Assembly (NCBI GenBank): GCA_973895155.1
Contig: OZ316899.1
Location: 14,325,934 to 14,389,933, forward strand
DNA: 64,000 bases
Direction of reading: 5' to 3'
Origin: Marsupella aquatica
Taxonomy: Eukaryota; Plantae; Marchantiophyta
Notes under the pieces: generated by a model
Seen by the model: only the letters and a program-made list of their open reading frames with translations
Database searches by the model: none
What the model was told of the DNA's origin: nothing
Part shown: one piece after another, positions 46,240 to 57,359 of the stretch
Position numbering within the stretch: position 1 is the stretch's first letter
Layout: every line of letters begins with the position of its first letter
Made by a program: the position numbers and the translations under genes

Positions 46240-48514
46240 ATCTTTCCATTTATTTTGTTGTTGCTATTTTCATTATAGCGCCACTGTGTTTAGGTCTGGG
46301 TGAATAAAATTAGCTGTCCTTAGTGGTTGAAGGGTTTATGGAAATAGTGAAAGACCCAAAATTTCCAGTATGAATTCCTGTACTGAGAAGTTTAGTAACA
46401 TAGGGCACGACTTCCAGTGCATTGGATTCTTGTACGGTCACCATTCTTTGATCGGGGCCATTAAACATCATAGTTGGCATTAAACATGTTGGTAATGACC
46501 ACAGTGGGTATCCTAACCCTAAAGCTTGATACAAATTATTCATCCTTGGTCAGGTGTGTTTTATGTAGGATAATAAAATAATATACGGCAGTGAACATCG
46601 CAACGCACCGGGCGCTTAACCAAAACATCTGTCGCCTGACCAGTCCACGGCAACAAAAAAGAGAGCTCACACTATCACCAACTCCCACCAAGAGTTTTCA
46701 TTTTGGTTTCTTGTAGTGCAAAAAAAAAATATATGGGTAGCATCACACATCAACACGCGGGCGAGGGGTGGGTGTACCGGTGTTTAGGGTTGTCTAGGAG
46801 GAGGCCAGTCTTGGCAAGAGTCAAGTGAATGGGGCGTTCGATTTTTAGTGTCTTCCTCTAATTAATCCGTCGGGCGCAAGAGGTGGAAGGGCTACCTAGC
46901 AAGAAACAGCCGGGAGTTTAGGGTAAACCCGCGACTTGGGGGAGCTCTAAACCCTAAATCTCCATATACATCCAACTCGATTTCGCGGGCACACCACTTA
47001 TGAATCTGTTGGAAGAGTTGTTGTTTCACGACCAACCACTGCGAAGCACAAAGTAGAGCAGCATGTGTCGTTGCGTTGAGCATGACTGGTATCACACCAT
47101 GCCGTTGTCAAAATGTTTACGGTTTATGGTGTTGAGGACTCATAATGTCTAGCAACAATAATAAGGAAGACATATATGGCTCATGCCATGGCTGCAACAG
47201 CGGGAAGGATGGAGCGGGGAAGAAACGGGAAGTAGAGAGTGAAGTGGGGTCGCCCGAACGACATGCGAAGAGGACAAGGACGACATCAAAACTACATCTA
47301 GTGCGAAACGCTGGGTGTGGTAGGAAGGCTCGGGATGCACGAGGTGGGCGTGAAGAAGAAGCGGACGAGGTTGACAAGTGTGAAGCCGAGGTCATCACAT
47401 CAACAACGCCCAGAAACCTGGAGCGAAATGAGTGGATTGATGTGGTACCCGACAAGCAGTGGCTTTCGTTTCCTCGGGAGGAGGACGATGTGTTCAAGGC
47501 ATTCTATACAGATAAGTGTGAACCCAGTTTAATGAACGATTCAGGGTTAGAAGATTTTATCATATTACCTTGGCTAGAAAACCATGCAAGCCGACGGGAG
47601 TTGATGGAGTTCATAGGTAATTGGGATCCTGCCAGAAAAGTGACTCGTGTCTATGGCCGGGAATTTGTATTGAACATGCGGGTAGTGTTAGAGGTGTTTG
47701 GCTTACGGCAAGGTCAAACTAACAAAATCAAACAACGGGTGGTGGCTAAGATAGAAAAGTCACTAGTACATTTTAGGTACTTTTCCGATACTCAAAACAC
47801 GCATTTCTCAACGCGCCCGATACTAAACACAATGGAAAACGTCCGATACTCCCAGCTACGGAACTTCCAATACTACCAACATTGGACATTATTATCCGAT
47901 AGGTTTTGTATCAAAAATGTTATCCAATACCCCGCATATCGAACAATGTCCGAAACCACCTGTATCACAAATTGAGAGCCGACATGTTTTTCAGACGTCC
48001 GATAATAATAGTATCGAAAGCTAATTCCAATAGGTTTGGTTTTGGACATTTATCGATACAAGTCTTATCGGATATATTTTTGCGATACTAATTACAATGG
48101 AAATCATTTGCGAAGACTGAGGTATCAGTTACTGTCCATTGAAATTGCTATCGGACCCCTCCTCGGCTGCGGGCTTAAGCGTCCGATCTGTGGAGTATCG
48201 GATAGTGGCTTCTGATTGTTATAGTATCGGAAAATCCGATACTTTGAGGATGGGAAGGGGTTTTTTGCTTTGGCAGTACTGATGTGTGTGTCCGATATGT
48301 TTCCAATGTTATTTGAATGGGATATGGTATGGGACTTTAGTGTTTTACAATGTCTAGGTTGTATGGAATTAATGGATTCAGATATGGGGCATACTTTAAG
48401 CAATAGATATGTATACTGCATGAAATTGTGGACAATGAGAAAAATCGTAGAATGCCGATAAAAAGATAGTGCCGGTAAAAATATACATGAAGATGGTGGG
48501 GTCTACAATTTATA

Positions 48515-51500
48515 CTAACTCGTGGGGGGTATGTCTCTATCTTCCACTACAATTACGTTGGGTCTCTGTTGGACTATGGACCGTGATCTGGGAATATACG
48601 GCATGACAATGGACCACTTGGGGTCATTGGGATAGGGTAGGTAAAAGCATTGCTCAAGGTGATGTGGGAAGGCAAAGGGATCTGAGGACCTCCAGTTGGA
48701 ACTGATGACACTATTTGCGGATGTCTTCAAACAAGTAAGACCGCATGCATCATCTTCACAAGTACGATTGTGGCCTACAAGATTCATCTTGAACCATTTG
48801 CACTTGAATACCACTTCCTCCAAAGTAGTATGTGCATGGTACTTCACTGTTAGGATCTCCTCAATCTTCCCATAATGGGCCACGGTGGAGCGAATGGGAT
48901 TCATGTCTGACATGCTACTCTGGGAATCTTGGGTGAACCAACCCATCACCCCACATTCCTATGTAGCTGCCCTCTTCTCATCAAGTCGTTCCACACAAAA
49001 ATGTCTCCCCTTTGACCACATGGCAGTCCGAGTCGTGACTATAAGTAGTGGACCATGAACCAAGGTACGGAGTTTATCTGTCACGTTTGGGTAGTGTAAT
49101 ACACTCACCCTGGTACCCACCAGGGCATCCACTTCTAACAACTTCTCCTTCATGTATGGGTGAAACTTGGAAAATAACCTTGGGTGTCGACTGTTTTGCT
49201 TCTCCTCCTCATAAAATGTTGTCCACTCCCCGACAACCTCGGGTGAGTTATACAACATAAATGTTGTGAGCTGTAAACGCTCTACTGAGCCTATGAGACG
49301 CTCTCCAGATGCCCCAGTGAGTCTATCATCCTCGTATTCAGCCTCTCGTGCCGCCTCATCTATCCATCCCCTAGGAGCACTAGGATCTAGTGTGGCAACT
49401 ATGTTTGTACAGTAAAACATACTCTTTGCTCCAAGATGATGCTCCGCAATGCTACCTTCCACCCTAGTGCGATTAAAGACATATGACTTCATCACCCCCA
49501 TATAACGCTCTACCCAATACATCCATCGACAATGTACTGGGCCTGCAATTGCAACCTCGCGCACTAAATGTATGAGAAAATGAACCTGACCATCAAAGAA
49601 TGAGGGAGGGAGTGCCTTCTCCAACTTGCAAACAACCTCTACTCCAAATATCTCCATAGCAGCAATGTCATCCTCCTGTACCTCCTTTTGACATACCCAT
49701 CTTAAGAGCTTACCCAATGACCAAAGGGCATCACAAAGTTCCTCACTACCCAATCCAATAATAGCAACTGGAAGAACATGTTCAAGCAACCGATGATAAT
49801 CATGTGTCTTCAAGAAAGATGGCCATTTTGGAGAATCCTCCCCCCCCAAATGCCTTCCGAAGATTGGTACCATAACCTGTGGGAAACCTCATCAACCCAA
49901 TACGTCTGTGAAACTCAATGCGCTCTGCCCTTGTCAAAACCCAAGGAGGATGGATGCTAGGGGGAGCACCAGGGGGGTCCAAAGATGGCCAAAAACCCAA
50001 AAGACCATGCATCCCCATCTCCTCACAACTTTCTCTCCAATTGTTATTTTTCTCCCCATATAGATGGCAAATCAATGATTTCCTCACATTCCCCTCAATG
50101 TGCATAGGGTCTAACAAGTGATTAATGGGCATATCTGACCAATATGGCAATTGTGACAATGTAGACAAATGGGTCATGCCACATCTGAATAATGGTAATG
50201 GATCACTCGGATCCTGAACTCTCCCCCATACCTCTCTCCAATATGCTGGATCCTTCCGCTGAGGTTGAGGACAAATATCAGGTTGGCCCTCATCAGTATC
50301 ATAAAGGAATGGATCACTCCTCCAAGGATAGTCTAGTGGAAGATATTTAGTATGACCATGTAAACAATTTTTTGCAGAGTGCTTGACTTGGGCCTGGCCA
50401 CCCCCTCCAAATCGGGTCCACATGTAGAGCAAGCTCGATAGCCTGATGTTTGTAATCCAAAAACATATCCAAACCCTGCCCAGTGCATAGAAAACACATT
50501 CATAAAATAAGGTTCATCAAGGCAAAAATCTGCATAATTGCAATTAAATACAAGGTTTAGGTACTAGAGGAAATAAGGGTTTACCATACTTGGTAAATCA
50601 TGCATGGTCCACATAAGGATGGCCTTTAAAGTAAATATGCGGGATAAACCTCCTGTGTTGTGACGTCCATCATAACAATCCACTCCTCTCCACAGTTGTA
50701 TCAACTCATCAATCAATGGTTGCAAGTACACATCAATCTTTTTAACTTGCTTAGGACCCGGAATAATCATGGAGAGTAGTAGGTGACCTTTCTTCATGGC
50801 CATCCAAGGAGGGATGTTGTAGTTTTTCAACACTACTGGCCACACTGAATATGGTTTGGCTTTTCCTGTCAATGCAAAAGGGCTGATACCGTCTGCTGCC
50901 AAGCCTAGTCGAACATGTCGTGGGTCAATTTTGAACTCTCCCCATCTATCCTCTACAAATCGATTGGCAGGAGAGTCAATCATCATCCGCATGGCACTAG
51001 AGGGTACAACCATATCAGAACAATTTTGTGAGTGCCATACCATCATCTCAGCCAACTCTACACATCGGAATTGATGTTGCAATCGAGGGATAAGAGGAAA
51101 GTACCTCATAACCTTTTGCGGTACCTTCCCCGTCAACATGTCATCACGGTACCGTGGCTTCTGACATTTAGGACATGTAGTGGCATTTTCATGCTCACCC
51201 CTAAAAAGAATGCAATCATCCACACATGCATGTATCACCTCATACTTCAGGCCAATGGACCTCAACACCTGTTTAGCCTCTTTCCAAGAGGCTGGCAATG
51301 CGTTGCCTACTGGCAAAATACGATCATGCAAGGTACGGAAAACATCATCCAAAAGTAGATTGCTTGCCCCATGTCTTTGCTGCAAGTTGAGCAACAACAT
51401 TATTGATGAGAGCCGAGATAACCTACTCCCCTCGAATATGCGAGTACGGGCATGACGTTGCGCCTCCTCCCATTGCTTGTCTTGGGACCCCCTAGAAGGA

Positions 51501-53031
51501 TGTGGATGACTAGTCCTTTCATGGGTTAAACCAATGTCCTCCAAACCAATGTCATCGTGATCATCATAGAATTGGTCCATGAGCTCATCCATGGCCCTCT
51601 CCTCATCAAGATGGTCTTGGATAGGATCATCACCATCATGTTGTACCCCATCCTCTTGCCTCTGCGGTTCATGCCCACGGTTGGCCACCATGGCCTCAAC
51701 AAGATGTTGTCGCCTAGCTCATGATATTACCCCAATATCAGGCGTTACATATTGATTCTATCATACAACATCAATTAATTAATCTCATCAACACATGCAC
51801 TGCTGAACAACATCATTCTCATGTAAACATGTAAAATAAACTGACATATATATATACATGTATGTAAGTCCAAGAAACTATCATGGACGACAACGCAAGG
51901 ACAATTTTGGTGCATCCCACTCATACTCACACAATAACTCCTCACCAGCTCTAATGGTCCTAACAGTCATGATATGGTCGTCCATATGTTTCACAAAATA
52001 TGGATGTCTAGGTGGACCAAACATTTGATCCACTCTACATTAGCCTCCAAACCTCTATCTCTACCTGTGGTACTATTGATGTACCCTGCTAAATTACCAT
52101 TTCGAATAGGGTCACCATCAATCATCCGGCAATGCCACGGCCTAGTGAAGACCTCATCCGGGTCTGAGCCATCCTCAATGCATACACACCCCAACTTGGG
52201 TGTTGACGCAACAAAATATTCCAACTCTTGGAGTTATATACAGCCCCAATGTAAGGAAAGAGGTGCTCTCCATCATAACCACGTCTCCATGGCTTTGGAG
52301 GGACCACAATATCCTCCAAAGCAAAAAGACCATATCCTATATCAGGACCAATAGAGGATGCCTTCACTATCCAAGGGCGACCCCATATCTGAACTGGTTC
52401 ATCTGTAGGAATAAATCCTGGAAATTTGAAGAGACTTGGAGAAAAGTCCTTCAAAACTTCGGCAGCCCTACCAGTGAGATAGGATAGTCCAAACCTGCCC
52501 TCAACGCAAATATAATCTACGTTACCGGCTGGTCAATCACTAGTACCTAACACCTCCTCTCGGCTGTCTACCTGGTCCAGTGGTCCATACTGCCGTCTAC
52601 GTCTACCAGATCGTGGTCGTGTACGTAGGACCCTAGTAGTCACAACCTCGGGCCGAGAGACCGGTTCCCCCTCTACATGCTCATGTGTGGGCACGGGAGT
52701 GGGGATAGGAGCAGGTGGGCTAAGAGGCATTTGGGCAGGAGCAATACCCTAAATTGGAATGCATATATGGAATGAATAGGGGACATAAACATATCTGTAC
52801 CTGGCTAGGCAAATACCCTAGCATATCACCCTCGTGGCGGCCATAGTTCTCGATGTGCTCACAAGTCTCCCACGCATGTTGAACCACAAGTCCCTTACAT
52901 CTCACACACCAGCAAGGTATGGGTCCTAGTGGAGCACGAGGACGATCTGGAGGAGGGGGTGGAGGAACCTCCCCCTCAGACGAGCTTGTGTCTGAGTCTA
53001 AATCTGACGTGGAACTATCAGAAGTAGACAT
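48515..53031 (-). pseudogene. CACTA-2 Tnp2 transposase; predicted exons 53031-52801, 51757-50590, about 50476-48515
   Basis: Exon 1 IPCWCVRCKG..H (transposase-associated Zn motif). Core motifs IHACVDDCILF, GLAADGISPF, YNIPPW, HDLP, DPMHIEGN, LKTHDYH, PPSFFD, RWMYWVER, DPFAFP. Frameshifts and stops. Confidence 0.9.
51881..52748 (-). pseudogene. SET-domain exon inside the CACTA-2 transposase gene (frameshifted)
   Basis: IVKASSIGPDIGYGLFALEDI...YIGAVY...MIDGDPIRNGNLAGYINST...NVEW...IMTVRTIRAGEELLCEYEW shows SET motifs I-IV in order across three frames. Confidence 0.82.
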
Positions 53032-53347
53032 CTGCATGCATGAAGTACACTCATTCATGTAAGCTGCATAAAAGAAGACAAGTGTTGGAGTATCAAAATA
53101 GAATTAATTAATGCATGACATACAAAAGTCCTGTTGTACCTCAATGATACCCGCGCTTTGCCAGCCTACTGTGTCGTATTTTCTACACACAAGGTGTGGG
53201 ACATCCAAAATCTCTGCATATATGGGTGAGCATTTTGCTAATGAGCATACATAATCTGTAAGCGCGAAAGAGTGTAGGAAGAACACACCACATATAAAAA
53301 AAATCCAACATACAAATTAAGTGTAAATGATTCGGCTCGTGAAGCGG

Positions 53348-54054
53348 GGACATCATACCTCCTGGATATGCGGTCTCACACTATGCATAGTGCATTGTCC
53401 AAAACAAAACCTACCTACCCCCTCACAAACATTGAACCACCCCTCCAAACGCAAGGTACTGTGCATCAAATCCAACACAACCATTAGCCTAATATATGGA
53501 GGTTGAACCTTATCCTAAGAAAAGGTGTAACCTTATCCTAGTAAAACCCCATAACCCTAAGCCCATAAACCCCTCCAAAGAAATGATCCAAATAGCTTTC
53601 ACCCAGAAATGGTTCGTACAAAAACTTCTTGTAGTATTTTGTCTATCATATATCATAGTATTGAGTTCCCATCACCACAACCATCCCTAAACTTGCAAGG
53701 AACTTGCAAGAGGACATCATACCTCCTGGATGCACGGTTTCATGCATAGTGCATTGTCCAAAATTGAAACCTCCCTACCCCCTCAAAAAAAGTTAACCAC
53801 CCCTCCAAAAGCAAGGTACTACACATCAAATCCAAACACAAAGATTAGCCTAATGAAGGGATTTAATATTATCCTAACAAAAGGTATAATGTTATACTAA
53901 TAAAACCTCTACGTACACCCATAATCCTCTATCAAGAAATGAAACAAAAGGCTTTCACCCAAAAATGATTCATACACAAACTTCTTGTAGTATTTTCTTG
54001 ATCCTATATTACATATCATAGTATTGAGTTCCCATCACCACATCCACCCCTAAA
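53348..54054. repeat. Diverged tandem duplication of about 345 bp (53348-53691 and 53712-54054)
   Basis: Both copies start ggacatcatacctcctggat and end gtattgagttcccatcaccaca..ccctaaa. Confidence 0.85.
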
Positions 54055-54844
54055 ACACCAAGACTCTATACACAATTGCATCATTAATTAGAGCCCAATA
54101 TCTTAAGCATGCAAGACCATAGCTTATCAAACAAATTACATAGTCCGGTACAAACCCCAAAATTTGTTCTCCGCAACAAAGAAACTTGCAAGAGGTCCCT
54201 CTACATGCATGACATGTTCACTGTCCCGTTCATATATGTAGAGCCCTACAAAATGCGGATTCAAATATGAAAGCAAATAATAACTCCAACCATGTGCCCT
54301 TACCCCATACAAAACCTAAATATCCTAAATTATACTCTAAACCCTCCAATACCATACCCAACCCAAATTCAAAACATTATATTGGACCCCCTTTGGGAAA
54401 GCCAAGAGGTATTCGATATAACTTCATGAGGGGTCCGATGCAATAGGAAACGGGCCACACTTGGTAAATACACGGCCACAAGAAAAGGACAAGGGGTCTG
54501 AAGCAAATAGTTTCGGAAAGTCCGATTGCGTGTCCGATACCTTTGGTTTCGCAAAGTCCAAAACAAAAAGAATCGGAAGCAGAAGGTTTTGTTTTGGAAA
54601 AATGAACCGATGCAGGTGCGAAGACCCGCGCGTCGGGCCCCGTTTCGCACTTGGTGTTTTTCAAATTTTTTGAAGCTGGATCAAGGAGGAGAGCTTGAAG
54701 GAGGAGGAGAGATGGAGGGGGGCCGGGGGATCAGGTGGTGGGGAGACCAAGGGGGATCAGGTGGTGGTGGAGAGCAAGGGGGACTGTCCCAGCCATACAA
54801 TGAAGTTATGAGGGACATTTTCGTGGCCAAGGGCAGGGCTGAGT

Positions 54845-56672
54845 GTGGAGGACGCGGAGAGAGTAGTCCCACTCCTCCAAATGCTGATTGATGCCTCTCG
54901 GCGTGAGGCAGAGAAAACTACTGTTGCAAGCATTGCAAGTGAGAAGGAGGCAAAGAAGAGGAAGAAAGAGGCAAAGAGAGGCAAGGGGGATGCAGAGGAG
55001 ACACTGTCTCCAAGAAAACGAGAGAAAAAGCTTCAAAAAGAAGCTAGGGCAATTGAGAAGGTGCGATTGGAGGAGCAAAGGCGAAAGGAGGCAGAGAGAG
55101 CTCTCAGGCCTGAGCTAGCTCTCAATTCGGGTGGTGGTCCATTGCCTAAGAGCTACCATCTATTCCAAAGCCAATTCAAGCAGGTGCTGAGGGCCAATTT
55201 GGGGCCATTGGATTACTGGGGCAAGAAGGAGGAAGAGAGATTGAGAATCAGAGAGCAGGTGAAGGAACGGTTCAGGAACGTGGCCTACATTGATGACAGG
55301 TTCCTAAACAAACGAATTTCAGCATCACTCTCAGACATGTGCAATCATCAGCGAGAGAAATTCAGAAAGTACCTTGGAGATATGGCAGTGGATGTAGAGG
55401 TGATCAGGGAGGAGGGTTGTCCAGACGATGTTTCCCCCGATGAGTGGGCGGCTTGGCTTGAGGAGGAACTCTCAGTCCGTGCCTGGCTGAAAAGAAGACA
55501 TTGGGACAACAAAATTAGGCTGGCAGAGGAGAAGCAAAAGGCTGGGGAGAATGTTGATATCCTCCCCCTTCAACAGAACCTGCAACAATGGGCAGCTCAG
55601 GCAGCAAGACTCCCCAAACCACCAAGGCACATCATAGCAGCATTGGAGAGAGTGCAGGGGAGGCCAACCATCACTCACCGGATGGGGCAAGGCGGCTCCA
55701 ATCGATTGAAGGCTGAGTTTGTAAGTGCCCTCCCTCTCCTCCCCACCTCGACTCCCTGATCACCTGACTCCTCGCATGAAGAATGAGTTGTTTGTGCCTT
55801 ATGTTTTTTGTTTAAACCCTTTGCAAAACTCATTTTTGCTCTCGGGCCTGTTCTTTCCGATACTCATCCGATAGGTTTTGCATCGGAAGCAGCATCGGAC
55901 ACCGTGTCATGCCATTTTGCCTGTTACGCATCCGATATACATCCGATGCAGGCTGTATCGGACTCTGCATCGAACCCCTCGGCAAACATTTAAATTTTTG
56001 AATGAATGTACTTAACGTTAATTCTTTGCTAGGGTAGAGTATAAGTTAGGGTGAACTATGGTTCAAGGTTACATTAGGGCTATGTAGGGTGGCTTGGTTT
56101 AGGGTAGGGCACGCTAATACTAGATTTGATATTAACCTGGCCTCTATGGTTTGGATCTTTAAATTTCAGGAGCGGGAGTATGGTCGCCCTATTGCGCCGT
56201 TGGAGAGGAATTTGGCAAAGACGGATGGACCCCGCGCTCTAAAGCGCCACCTTGAGGATGAGTTGGGAGAGGTAAGTGTTCACCAAGGGTGACATAATGT
56301 TTAAGGTTGTCATGAATTTGTTAGAGTTATGGTCGGGACCATTCATTCTAACCGCAATTAAACCCTATTGCGCAGGATGAGGAGGGGTCTGGGTCGGAGG
56401 AGTTGGACTCAGATTCTGAGCAGGATGCTGAGGCAGGGTTGGGGAGGGTGCCCACAGTCACCCCTACTCCTCAGGTCCGAGGTGTTGTTGCCCCATCTGG
56501 TGCCGTTGCCCCATCAGCAGGGAGGGGTGGATCACATGCTGTTGATGGTGTGGGCTCCCATCACTCTGGAGCATCACGGGGTGCGGGGCCCAGGCACTCA
56601 GGGGGTAGTAGAGGTGATGGCATGGGACGAGGCCATCGCGTAGGAGTATCTGGTGCAGGTGGCCCTTCCTGA
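54845..56672 (+). CDS. CACTA-2 TnpA-like gene, divergent from the transposase, multi-exon
   Basis: 304-aa ORF with ..QVKERF...QREKFRKYL...CPDDVSPDEWAAW...THRMGQGG (Transposase_24-like). Donor after gagttt at 55721 and small downstream exons. Boundaries uncertain. Confidence 0.6.
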
Positions 56673-56856
56673 CGAGGTAGTGGTGACGTGCCGGATGGTG
56701 GATCTAGAGGGTGCGCACCATCTCGTGAGTCTGGTGGGAGTACAGCACGACATGGGCCACCCACAGGATTTGTTGGCGCACCCTCCCATCACTCTAGCAG
56801 GTTGGCTGGAGGAGCTCAGGCCCCCTTTCACTCTGCCATGTCAGGGGTACACAACA

Positions 56857-57359
56857 TCATCAGTTATCAGTGGCTGATAACTGATATCAATCGTTGATAT
56901 CAGTTATCTCAAAAATTTTAGAATCTCAACTGAGGAGTTGAGATGGGGCTTTCAAACTTCAGCTCATCTCAGCTGGGCAGCTGAGGTTGATTCAATCTCG
57001 GCTGACCTCGCCGAGATGGACGTACGGACCGAAAAAAATCCAAAAAAAAAAAAAACCTAAAAATTTCCCGGAAAAAAAAATTGAAATTTTTTTCCACATC
57101 TCAGCTGGCCTCGCCGAGACGGGGCGTACGGACCAGAAAAAATGTGGAAAAAAAAAAAACCAAAAATTTTCCCCAAATTTTTTTTTGAAAAAAACAAAAT
57201 TTTGAAAAAAAAAAGTTTTCCTTCAAATTTTGAAGAAAAATTCAAGAATTTTTTTTCTTCATTTTTTTTTTCTTTTTCGCATCGCAACTTGATGATCGCT
57301 CTGAGATGAGGTGGCAGCTAATATCAGGTACACTGATGAAAGTGACTGATAACTGATGA
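56857..57359. repeat. MITE-like inverted-repeat segment with internal direct repeat and A/T tracts
   Basis: 15-bp inverted repeat tcatcagttatcagt (56857-56871) / actgataactgatga (57345-57359). No TSD identified. Confidence 0.45.

Noticed and set aside
47761-47975. C-terminal part of ORF 47145-47975
   Set aside because: It is read-through into the CACTA-2 terminus; the real continuation is at 58246.
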